Counted from the stretch's first letter, positions 8,059-16,574 are shown. The stretch: DNA of 32,000 nucleotides from Erysipelotrichaceae bacterium (GCA_963676105.1 OY781039.1:1470001-1502000), one strand, 5' to 3'. Notes: a model not told the origin generated them from the letters alone. Numbers and translations are program-made.

Positions 8059-8968
8059 ATTTAGCCCATAAATCAAATGGATATAAGTTTTCAGCTTTCA
8101 TACGCTTAAACTCTTCAACCACTTGTGGTTTATCTTCTTTATATGTCACGCCATACCATGTATTCTCTGAGGTGAGTGCATTCATCGTATATAAGTCTTT
8201 ATCTAAGGTTTCACCAATCATTGTTGGTATAACATGTTCGCACTTCATTGGGTTACCCTCTAAATCACTCTTTAGAAAAGCAACAAATTGTTTCTCTGCT
8301 AAATCAAAGACAGCGGGTGTGAAGCCCCAGAAGTTCATCGAGACTAAACCTTGTGGATCAAGATCATTCCAATCACGACCATTATCACTGGTAATCACCT
8401 TATGACCATGTTTCTTGATTTCTTGTCGCTCTACCACTTCAATCAGTTTTCCATCTTTTACGTCACAGACACCCCGTGTCACAGAACCTGAATCAGAGAG
8501 TGTATTGACTAAGCGATACCCAATTAAAGAATAGTTTGTATCTGTGACTTCATTAACTAAGAAGTCATACATGGTTTTAAAGGCATCAATCCCATAATAA
8601 TCATCTGCATTACAGATCATAAATGGTTCTTTCACTTGTTTACGACATGCCCACATCGCATGGGTTGTTCCCCACGGTTTCTCACGTCCTTCTGGAACAC
8701 TAAAACCAACAGGTAAATCACTAAGTTCTTGATAGACATATTCAACTTCTATAAACGGTCTAATCTTTTTCCCTAATGAATTTTCAAAGGCTTCTGTGTG
8801 TTCTTTGCGTATGATGAGATAGACTTTTTTAAAGCCTGCTTTTATCGCATCATAGATTGAGAAATCAATGATTGATTCACCATTATTCCCTAGTGTATCA
8901 ATTTGTTTTAAGCCTCCATAACGACTTCCCATGCCTGCAGCTAAAATGACTAAACTTGGATGTTTCAA
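8057..8968 (-). CDS. Sugar-1-phosphate nucleotidyltransferase (NTP_transferase fold), substrate unknown
   Basis: 303 aa. The N-terminal loop VILAAGMGSRYGGLKQ fits the nucleotidyltransferase G-x-G-[ST]-R...K signature, and KPWGTTHA and NADDYYG blocks are present. There is no GalT HPH motif. A TTG start overlaps the galK stop (TTGA), with GGAGAG upstream. Confidence 0.8.
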   Translation of the reverse strand: MKHPSLVILAAGMGSRYGGLKQIDTLGNNGESIIDFSIYDAIKAGFKKVYLIIRKEHTEAFENSLGKKIRPFIEVEYVYQELSDLPVGFSVPEGREKPWGTTHAMWACRKQVKEPFMICNADDYYGIDAFKTMYDFLVNEVTDTNYSLIGYRLVNTLSDSGSVTRGVCDVKDGKLIEVVERQEIKKHGHKVITSDNGRDWNDLDPQGLVSMNFWGFTPAVFDLAEKQFVAFLKSDLEGNPMKCEHVIPTMIGETLDKDLYTMNALTSENTWYGVTYKEDKPQVVEEFKRMKAENLYPFDLWAK

Positions 8969-10083
8969 TTCGACTCTCCTTCTTCCTTTGTTTGGGTGTA
9001 AATTCTAGAAGCCCCACTATATGATTTGATTTTATAAAAATCTGGAATTAATTGGGTTTGTTCAGTATAGATTTTAGAAACCGAATCAATAATTTCAGAA
9101 TAGTCAGATTTTTTAACTAAGGCTAAAACACAACCTCCAAAACCTGCACCAACCATACGCGCACCTAATGCGCCATTATTAACAAATGCTTCTTGCATTG
9201 TATCTAATTCAATACAAGATACTTCATACAGATCTCTCAATGATTTATGCGAACCATTTAGTAATTCACCAAAGGATTGCATATAGCCATTTGATAAATA
9301 GGATTTAGCCGAGTTTGTTCGATGTTCTTCGTTTACTATATGTTCAACACGCTTATATTGATTTTCATTTAGCATTTCTTTAATACGCGGCAAATGATTT
9401 ATTGAAAGTTCTGCTAATTGATTGATTGAATAGTACTCTTTCAAAATAATCAAAGCTGAATCAGCATCATTCTTTCGATCATTGTAGGCTGATTCAACCA
9501 ACTTACGTTTTTTATTTGTATTCGCAATGACTAGGACATTATCTTCTAATTCAAATGGAACATAGTTAAAGTCTAATGTGGCTGTGTCTAAAAACATAGC
9601 TGTATTAGCTTTTCCCATCTTGCATGCAAATTGATCCATGATTCCACAAGCTACACCAATAAAATTGTTTTCAACTTCCTTTGCGATTTTAACAATATCT
9701 AACGCTGAATAATCAAGTTTGTAAAGATCATTAATGATTGTTCCAATGAGCACTTCTAGTGATGCACTAGAGGATAAACCTGCCCCAGCTGGAAGATTTG
9801 ATTTAAGATTAATATTTAAGCCAAATGTTGGTTCAGGCATCATTCTATCAAACATCCCAATGACATAGTTTGCCCATGATTCTTCTTCAATTTTTTCGAT
9901 TTTATCAATTATAATTTCTTTAAAATTTTCACTTTTTAAGTGAATTTGTTTATCATTTCTTATTTCAACATCTGCCTTTATACCAAGTTGAATTGCAACT
10001 GGAAAAACATGTCCTCCAAAGTTATCTACATGTTCACCAATCAAATTGATTCTTCCTGGTGAAAAATATCCATATTTCTTCAT
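8965..10083 (-). CDS. galK: Galactokinase (GHMP kinase family)
   Basis: 372 aa with galactokinase signature GRINLIGEHVDNFGG, GHMP ATP motif PAGAGLSSSASLEV and C-terminal GAGFGGC. Confidence 0.92.
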   Translation of the reverse strand: MKKYGYFSPGRINLIGEHVDNFGGHVFPVAIQLGIKADVEIRNDKQIHLKSENFKEIIIDKIEKIEEESWANYVIGMFDRMMPEPTFGLNINLKSNLPAGAGLSSSASLEVLIGTIINDLYKLDYSALDIVKIAKEVENNFIGVACGIMDQFACKMGKANTAMFLDTATLDFNYVPFELEDNVLVIANTNKKRKLVESAYNDRKNDADSALIILKEYYSINQLAELSINHLPRIKEMLNENQYKRVEHIVNEEHRTNSAKSYLSNGYMQSFGELLNGSHKSLRDLYEVSCIELDTMQEAFVNNGALGARMVGAGFGGCVLALVKKSDYSEIIDSVSKIYTEQTQLIPDFYKIKSYSGASRIYTQTKEEGESN

Positions 10084-10092
10084 ATTTTAACC

Positions 10093-12276
10093 TTATACCT
10101 TTTTTAAATAAATTGTATAACTTCTAAAATCGCCATTTAACTCCGGAATATCAATACCAATGTTCATTAACTCATCTCCACCATAAATTTGATTGTTTGA
10201 TGTTTGATACATTGCATTAGAAGTTAAACCTTGTAGTTTAATTCTCATAGGTGATTCTTGTGCATAAGCTAACTTTTTAACAAAAGTTAATATCACTTCT
10301 GATTGATCTCTACTAATATATTGCCACGCGACTTCATTAAGATTTTTTTCATATCGTAATCGATACAAATCTCCAAATTGGACAATTGGTCGATATTGTT
10401 TATACAGCTTAACTTGTTCTTTTAGATCATTGATTTCAGTAGCTGTGAAAGTCGTTAAATCAAGTTCATAACCGAAGTTACCAGCCATCGCTACATCACC
10501 TCTAAAACTTAAACTAGTCTCGCGATAAACTTGGTGATTTGGTACAGCTGAGACATGTGATCCCATTGCGATGGATGGATATGCAATTGAAGTACCATGT
10601 TGAATGCTCAGTCTTGCAAAAGCATCAGTATTATCACTTGTCCATACTTGTGGCATAAAAGATAACATGCCTGGATCAAAGCGACCACCTCCGCCAGAAC
10701 AACTTTCAAATAGAATATCTGGAAACTTATTAATAAGTTTTTCCAAGATTGTATATAAGCCTAAAATATATCGATGAGATGTTTCTTGTTTTTGATCTGC
10801 GGGAAGCGTCAATGAATAAGCTTCTGTCATATTACGATTCATATCCCATTTAACATAATCAATTTGAGTCGTTGAAAATACATCAACCATTGATTCATAG
10901 ATATAATCACACACTAAAGGATTAGCTAAGTCTAATACAAGTTGATTTCTTGATTCAGATTTCCGTCTACCTTCTACTTGTAGACACCACTCTGGATGTT
11001 TTTGATAAAGTTGACTATTCACTGAAATCATTTCGGGTTCAACCCATAGACCAAATTTCATACGTTTATTGTGTACGTATTTAGAAATACCTTCTAAACC
11101 CTCTGGTAATTTATCTTTATTTACAAACCAATCACCTAATGAGGAATCATCATTGTTTCGATTTCCAAACCATCCATCATCTAAAACGAATAGTTCAATT
11201 CCACAATCAGAACTAACATCAGCCAACTCTTTTAATTTTCTTTGATCAAAATCAAAATATGTTGCTTCCCAGTTATTAATTAATATAGGACGCTCTTGAT
11301 ATTGGTATTTCCCACGTATCAAGTGACTTCTATAGAATTCATGAATGTTTCTAGAGAATTGACCGATTCCATGATGACTAAATGACATCACGACTTCTGG
11401 TGTACAAAACGATTTCTTTGGTTCTAGTTTCCATGTAAATGTAAATGGATTTAGACCCATGTTTACACGAATATTATTCTTGCTATCTTTTTCAATTTCC
11501 GCAAGAAAATCTCCGGAATACACTAAATTCATTGCATAAATGTTTCCGTTTTTTTCCGTTGTATCTTTATCAACTAATGCTATGAAAGGATTATGTTGAT
11601 GAGAGCTTGATCCGCGGCGACTTTGAATGGAAACTAGTCCCTTTTCTAAAGTTTGTCTTGTGAACTCTCTTTCATCACCCCATGCGCCAGCTAGATGGAT
11701 AAATTCAAAGTCCTCATTTCTAAAATCAACACTACCACTGCTTAATTTTTCGATAAACAAGGAGTCATTCGTTTCATTTCGGACGATTGAATGTCTAGTA
11801 ATGATTGGAAAATGTTTAAAAATCGTGTATGTCAAATCTACATATAGTTCATAAAGCGTATCTTTTAGTGTAATCACCAACGTTTCAGCTTCATTATTTT
11901 GAGCATATGTCTGCCCGTACGTATCTATTTTAGGTTTACCAGAAATGATTTTATGTTCATGGTATCTAAAATCTGTAATGCGCGTTCCGTCATTTATTTT
12001 AATACGTAATGCAGGTGTTCTAAAATCAGTATTTCCATATGCAGGATATTCTTGTGGAAGTGTGTCGAGCGAAAAAGCACGATCTTCTGCGTTTGGATTC
12101 GGTGAGAATGCACGATCCGCATATTTTATCTCAAAAGAATTATGATATACAGATACTTCATTTCCCCAATATATATGGCTTAAATAATCTTCTTTTACTA
12201 ACTGCATGATGTAACTCATTCCATGCGTTTTTAAATGAAAGATCTTTTTATTTTTGTCGAATGTAATATTGCTCAT
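10093..12276 (-). CDS. aga: Alpha-galactosidase, glycoside hydrolase family 36
   Basis: 727 aa. GH36 blocks are FVLDDGWF, YVKWDMNR (nucleophile region) and SCSGGGGRFD (acid/base region). Confidence 0.93.
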   Translation of the reverse strand: MSNITFDKNKKIFHLKTHGMSYIMQLVKEDYLSHIYWGNEVSVYHNSFEIKYADRAFSPNPNAEDRAFSLDTLPQEYPAYGNTDFRTPALRIKINDGTRITDFRYHEHKIISGKPKIDTYGQTYAQNNEAETLVITLKDTLYELYVDLTYTIFKHFPIITRHSIVRNETNDSLFIEKLSSGSVDFRNEDFEFIHLAGAWGDEREFTRQTLEKGLVSIQSRRGSSSHQHNPFIALVDKDTTEKNGNIYAMNLVYSGDFLAEIEKDSKNNIRVNMGLNPFTFTWKLEPKKSFCTPEVVMSFSHHGIGQFSRNIHEFYRSHLIRGKYQYQERPILINNWEATYFDFDQRKLKELADVSSDCGIELFVLDDGWFGNRNNDDSSLGDWFVNKDKLPEGLEGISKYVHNKRMKFGLWVEPEMISVNSQLYQKHPEWCLQVEGRRKSESRNQLVLDLANPLVCDYIYESMVDVFSTTQIDYVKWDMNRNMTEAYSLTLPADQKQETSHRYILGLYTILEKLINKFPDILFESCSGGGGRFDPGMLSFMPQVWTSDNTDAFARLSIQHGTSIAYPSIAMGSHVSAVPNHQVYRETSLSFRGDVAMAGNFGYELDLTTFTATEINDLKEQVKLYKQYRPIVQFGDLYRLRYEKNLNEVAWQYISRDQSEVILTFVKKLAYAQESPMRIKLQGLTSNAMYQTSNNQIYGGDELMNIGIDIPELNGDFRSYTIYLKKV

Positions 12277-12287
12277 ATTTTACCTTA

Positions 12288-13115
12288 TTAACTTTTAACA
12301 GCACCTGAAGTAATATTGCTGATAATCCATTTTTGAGCAATCATATAAACTAATATCATAGGTGTTAAAGCCATCATATATGAAGCGAACGCTAAGTTAT
12401 AATCGACACCAAATTTTGTCTTGAAGATATATTGTACTAATGGTAATGTCATGTTATTTGGATCACCTAGCAAGATCAAAGGTAGCATAAAATCATTCCA
12501 TGCCCAAAGCGCTGTAAGAATTCCAATTGTCGCATTTATTGGAGCAAGTAATGGGAAGATAACTTTCCAAAAAGTTGTCCATGGTCCACATCCATCAACT
12601 TTTGCAGCTTCATCTAATTCAATTGGAATAGATTTGATATAACCAATATAAATAAACATGTTAAATGAAATACCATAAACAATATAAAGGAACGTTAATC
12701 CCCATTGATTGTTAAAATGTGTTGCTGCTGCGAGTTTAACAATTGGTAACATAATAATTGGGAATGGTATAAATAATGCACTTACAAAATAATAATAAAG
12801 AAATTTGAAAAACTTATTGTGGTTCATATTTCTAGCGATTGCATAAGCAACCATAGAATTCGTTAAAATGGTAAAAACAACTGATAGAGCTGTAATCACA
12901 AAACTATTTTTAAAAGCATTAAAGAAATTAGTCATTTCAATCGCATTTGTAAAGTTTTCCCAATGAATAACTGTTGGAAAAGACCAAATTGATTGAGCTG
13001 TTTCCTGTGCATTTTTAACTGAAATATTAAATGCCATATATAGTGGTATCAAAATCATCAAAGAAGCTATTGCGATGAAAATGGTACCGAGCCAATTTGT
13101 TTTTTTACGCATCAT
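12288..13115 (-). CDS. ABC sugar transporter permease (CUT1 family, MsmG/MalG-like)
   Basis: 275 aa, 6 TM segments, EAA loop LDEAAKVDGCGPWTTFWKVIFP. Confidence 0.9.
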   Translation of the reverse strand: MMRKKTNWLGTIFIAIASLMILIPLYMAFNISVKNAQETAQSIWSFPTVIHWENFTNAIEMTNFFNAFKNSFVITALSVVFTILTNSMVAYAIARNMNHNKFFKFLYYYFVSALFIPFPIIMLPIVKLAAATHFNNQWGLTFLYIVYGISFNMFIYIGYIKSIPIELDEAAKVDGCGPWTTFWKVIFPLLAPINATIGILTALWAWNDFMLPLILLGDPNNMTLPLVQYIFKTKFGVDYNLAFASYMMALTPMILVYMIAQKWIISNITSGAVKS

Positions 13116-13999
13116 TAATCCTCCCTCTTTTGTAAGAAGTTAATTTGAATAATTGATATAACTGCGATAACAATCAAATACACAACTGCGTTAGCTGATT
13201 GATAGGCGAATTCACCACCAGCCAAACCTGATTGGTAAATTAAAACTGAAATGGATTTTGTTGTGTTACCTGGCCCACCACCTGTAACAGCCATAACGTG
13301 ATCAAATACCATTAAGAAGTTTTTCATCGCTAATACAACATTGATTGTGAAGAATGGAGCAATCGATGGAAAAGTTATATGTAAAAACTTTTGCCAAGTG
13401 TTAGCTCCATCAATTGAAGCCGCTTCATATAGATCTTCAGGAACAGTTTGTAATCCTGCAATATATAGAATTGTATTAAATGCAGCACTTTGCCAAACAG
13501 CAACAAATACAACACCTAACCATGCATATTCTTTGGTTCCTAAAATATTTTTTGATAATACTTCAATATTTAATGCAGCACCGATATCTGGTAATACATT
13601 TGAAAAGAAATAGTTAAATATAAAACCAACAATCAAAATACTTAATACATTAGGTAAAAAGAAAACTGCTCTAAAGAATTTTTTAAATTTAATGTTTGAA
13701 TGTAATACAATCGCTAAAAACAAGCTGATCGCATTAACTAATACTGTAGAAATAATAGCGAATTGAAATGTAAACAAATACGCTGTTACGATTCTAGAAT
13801 CTTTTAGTAAATACATATAGTTGGCAAAGCCAATAAAACTAAAGTCTTTCTTTATGCCATTCCAGTTAGTAAAGGAATAATAAATACCTTGAAGAGCTGG
13901 GAATGTATGGAAAATAAAGAATAAGACAAACGCAGGTACAGTCATCAATAAAAATACATTTACTTTTTTCTGCGACTTAAAATATTTTCTTAAGTTCAT
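13115..13999 (-). CDS. ABC sugar transporter permease (CUT1 family, MsmF/MalF-like)
   Basis: 294 aa, EAA loop LYEAASIDGANTWQKFLHITFP. It overlaps the downstream permease by 1 nt. Confidence 0.9.
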   Translation of the reverse strand: MNLRKYFKSQKKVNVFLLMTVPAFVLFFIFHTFPALQGIYYSFTNWNGIKKDFSFIGFANYMYLLKDSRIVTAYLFTFQFAIISTVLVNAISLFLAIVLHSNIKFKKFFRAVFFLPNVLSILIVGFIFNYFFSNVLPDIGAALNIEVLSKNILGTKEYAWLGVVFVAVWQSAAFNTILYIAGLQTVPEDLYEAASIDGANTWQKFLHITFPSIAPFFTINVVLAMKNFLMVFDHVMAVTGGGPGNTTKSISVLIYQSGLAGGEFAYQSANAVVYLIVIAVISIIQINFLQKRED

Positions 14000-14020
14000 T
14001 ATTTAATTATCCCTTTCTTG

Positions 14021-14051
14021 TATAAAAGATAAGACGGCATATAGCCGTCTT
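14021..14051 (-). terminator. Intra-operon stem-loop / partial terminator after the binding-protein gene
   Basis: Minus strand reads AAGACGGC-TATAT-GCCGTCTT followed by ATCTTTTATA. It sits 12 nt after the binding-protein stop and about 20 nt before the permease SD. Confidence 0.55.
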
Positions 14052-14062
14052 AACTTAACTAT

Positions 14063-15280
14063 TTATTGTCTAGCTAAATATGCATCATATGCATCTGTAA
14101 TTTGTTGTAGTGTAGCTTCAACATCTTGGTCTAAAACAAATTGTTGTAATACACTAGCAAGATCAACTGAACTTGGTACATAGTGATCTGGGAAGTCAGC
14201 AACATTACCTGCTGCAAATGCTTCACTAACACCATTTAGATGATCAGCAGTTTGTTCAACACCCTTAACAGCGGAGAATAAACCTTGACTTTCAATAAAT
14301 GTTGTCGCATTGTCTTGTTCAAGTAAGAAGTTAATGAACATCATTGCTTCTTCTTTGTGTTCTGATGCATCTGCAACTGAGAATAATAAGTCAACACCAG
14401 AGATAACTGTTTTATCACCTACTGGATATGGGAAGATACCAACTTCGATATCTGGATTTGCTTTTTTAATATCAGTAATAGCCCAAATACCTTGTAAATA
14501 CATTGCTGATTCACCTAGTGCAAACGCAGTATTTCCATCAGGATATGTTTTACCCATGTTGTCATCATGACCATAAGCTAATAATTGTTTCATCATTTCA
14601 ATACCTTCACGGTATCCATCTGCTGAAGTTGTAGTTCCAGCTTGATAATCAATGAAATATTGATTTCCAGCTGTATTTGCTGCAATAACATTCCATGCTG
14701 GAAGTGTTGTCCATGCATCTTTAAATGTGAAATAGAATGGTGTAACGCCAGCAGCTTTGAATGTTTCTGCTGCAGCTAGTAAATCATCCCAAGTTTGTGG
14801 AATTTCAACACCGTTTTCTTCAAAAATTGTTTTATTGTAGATAATTGCATTAGCATTAGCTACGTAAGGAATACCATAAATTTCATCCATCCCTGAAACA
14901 TCTTTAATTGTTTGTAGGTATGCTGGATGAACTAAATCTAAAGCTGCATCGCTTGAAAGATCAACATAAACGCCAGCATCTGCTAAATCTTTATATGTTT
15001 GGTCAGCACCAACAGCAATAATATCTGGGATATCACCTGATGAAACTCGAGTTTTAATAACTGTTCCAGATTCTGGAGGTGATGATACTGTAACGTTAAT
15101 GTTTGGATGATCAGCCATAAACTCTTCAGCTAATGTTTCAAAAACATCAATCGCCTCTTGTTTGTATTCAAAGAATTCAATATTAACAACTTCATCTTGA
15201 GCATCATCTGTTGAAGATGAGCAAGCAGCTAGCGAGCTTACTGCTAACGCAGCTGCGACTAATTTAAGTAATTTTTTCAT
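14063..15280 (-). CDS. ABC sugar transporter substrate-binding lipoprotein (CUT1 family, MsmE-like)
   Basis: Start is placed at MKKLLKLVAAALAVSSLAAC (lipobox LAAC) with SD GGGAG 7 nt upstream. The 22-aa extension in the track ORF (start 15346) is rejected. Confidence 0.9.
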   Translation of the reverse strand: MKKLLKLVAAALAVSSLAACSSSTDDAQDEVVNIEFFEYKQEAIDVFETLAEEFMADHPNINVTVSSPPESGTVIKTRVSSGDIPDIIAVGADQTYKDLADAGVYVDLSSDAALDLVHPAYLQTIKDVSGMDEIYGIPYVANANAIIYNKTIFEENGVEIPQTWDDLLAAAETFKAAGVTPFYFTFKDAWTTLPAWNVIAANTAGNQYFIDYQAGTTTSADGYREGIEMMKQLLAYGHDDNMGKTYPDGNTAFALGESAMYLQGIWAITDIKKANPDIEVGIFPYPVGDKTVISGVDLLFSVADASEHKEEAMMFINFLLEQDNATTFIESQGLFSAVKGVEQTADHLNGVSEAFAAGNVADFPDHYVPSSVDLASVLQQFVLDQDVEATLQQITDAYDAYLARQ

Positions 15281-15322
15281 TTTTACTCCCTTTTCCTTTT
15301 TTAGTAAAATAAGATATAATGG

Positions 15323-15359
15323 AGTAGCTAATATAAGGTATATCATCTTTTTAGCTACT
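15323..15359. repeat. 9-bp perfect inverted repeat AGTAGCTAA-N19-TTAGCTACT
   Basis: Read directly: 15323-15331 is the reverse complement of 15351-15359. It lies in the lacI / binding-protein spacer. Confidence 0.7.
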
Positions 15360-15361
15360 AG

Positions 15362-15393
15362 GCCGGCAAGTGCAATTGTCGGCTATTTTTTTT
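15362..15393 (+). terminator. Intrinsic-terminator-like hairpin oriented on the plus strand, opposite to both flanking genes
   Basis: GCCGGCAA-GTGCAA-TTGTCGGC (8 bp, one G-U) followed by TATTTTTTTT on the + strand. On the minus strand the hairpin is followed by CTAGTAGCTAAAAAG, which is not a U tract. Confidence 0.55.
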
Positions 15394-15408
15394 GTACTTT
15401 CTTTATTT

Positions 15409-16437
15409 CTATCCCTCCTTAAGTGTTAAAACACTTTCCCTCTCTATAAGATTAGATTGAACGACAATTTTAATTGGTATGTCTCTTCCCTCTATTCTTT
15501 GATTTAGTAAGTTGATAGCCTGCCGTCCCAGCTCGATACTATTAAGATCGACTGTACTTAATGGAGGACTCATAAATTCAGAGGCTTCAATATTATCAAA
15601 ACTGATAATAGAGACATCTTCTGGGACGTTTATACCATCTTCACGCAGTGCATGCACTGCCCCTATTGCTATTGGATCACTTGCAGTAAGTATTGCTGTA
15701 AACTCTATATTGCGTTCGAGAAGTTCCTTGGTCATATTGTTGCCCTCTTTAGAGGACCAATCACCAATAACCATTAGATTCTCATCAAACAAACCATTTA
15801 ATGTCATAAACTCACGATATGCTTTTGCTCTCATATCTTCAAACTTTATTAGTTCGTTTGTATAAAAATCTTTCGTATAGATGCTTCCACCAAGGAAAGC
15901 TATTTTTTTATGCCCATGCGAAGTAAGTTTTTGAAGATTTAATATAGTAGCTTCATATAGGTCAGATGTCACTTTGTCGAAACCATTACTGTATACATAT
16001 GAATTGTCTACAATAACTGTATTTTCTGTTTTTAAACCAAATTGTTCTAATGTTTCAAGTGACATTGATCCAAGAACTATTATTCCATCAGCATCATTCA
16101 AATCTTCATTTAATAAATCATCATCAAAGTGCAAAACTTTATTTAAATCATAACCATTCTTTGATGCTGAATTAATTACATTTACTCTAATCTCTGACCA
16201 ATATGGATCTAAATCCTCTTGATTACGATCAACTGTCATAAGAATATTAATTAATTTATTTTGTTTTTTAGATTTAGTACGATTTCTCAAAGGTTTGTAA
16301 CCAAGTACTTCAACAGCTTCATTTACTTTTTCAATGGTTTCTTGAGATGCTGAAAAAGTATCATCTTTAGATAATATTCTAGAGACTGTTGATACTGATA
16401 CTTTTGCATATTTTGCGACATCTGAAATTTTTACCAT
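15409..16437 (-). CDS. LacI-family transcriptional regulator
   Basis: 342 aa. The N-terminal HTH is VKISDVAKYAKVSVSTVSRILS, followed by a periplasmic-binding-protein-like sugar-binding core. SD AAGGT is upstream. Confidence 0.92.
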   Translation of the reverse strand: MVKISDVAKYAKVSVSTVSRILSKDDTFSASQETIEKVNEAVEVLGYKPLRNRTKSKKQNKLINILMTVDRNQEDLDPYWSEIRVNVINSASKNGYDLNKVLHFDDDLLNEDLNDADGIIVLGSMSLETLEQFGLKTENTVIVDNSYVYSNGFDKVTSDLYEATILNLQKLTSHGHKKIAFLGGSIYTKDFYTNELIKFEDMRAKAYREFMTLNGLFDENLMVIGDWSSKEGNNMTKELLERNIEFTAILTASDPIAIGAVHALREDGINVPEDVSIISFDNIEASEFMSPPLSTVDLNSIELGRQAINLLNQRIEGRDIPIKIVVQSNLIERESVLTLKEG

Positions 16438-16459
16438 TTATTTTACCTTTATTTTAGTA

Positions 16460-16474
16460 ATGTAAGCGTTTTTA
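16460..16474. promoter_or_regulatory. cre-like / LacI-family operator candidate in the lacI leader
   Basis: ATGTAAGCGTTTTTA matches the cre consensus WTGNAANCGNWNNCW at 14 of 15 specified positions. It lies about +3 to +17 relative to the predicted lacI transcription start. Confidence 0.45.
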
Positions 16475-16483
16475 TTTACTAAT

Positions 16484-16512
16484 ATAATATGTCTTATTAT
16501 ATAGATTGTCAA
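16484..16512 (-). promoter_or_regulatory. Sigma-A type promoter of the lacI-family gene (possibly of the whole alpha-galactoside operon)
   Basis: Minus strand has TTGACA (16512..16507), a 17-nt spacer, then TATTAT (16489..16484). Confidence 0.6.
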
Positions 16513-16540
16513 CAGATTTATTTAAAAATATTTAAGAGCA

Positions 16541-16565
16541 TTAAAAAAGGGCAGATAATCTGCCC
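16541..16565 (-). terminator. Intrinsic terminator of gpmI
   Basis: Minus strand reads GGGCAGA-TTA-TCTGCCC followed by TTTTTTAA, 10 nt after the gpmI stop. Confidence 0.85.
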
Positions 16566-16574
16566 AATACTATT

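Noticed and set aside
15330-15359. Attempted minus-strand promoter for the binding-protein gene (TAGCTA-N16-TATATT, or TGaTATACC).
   Set aside because: Both candidates match the consensus poorly at critical positions (the -35 matches 3 of 6, and the -10 lacks the final T). They are not reported as features, and read-through from the lacI promoter is considered instead.
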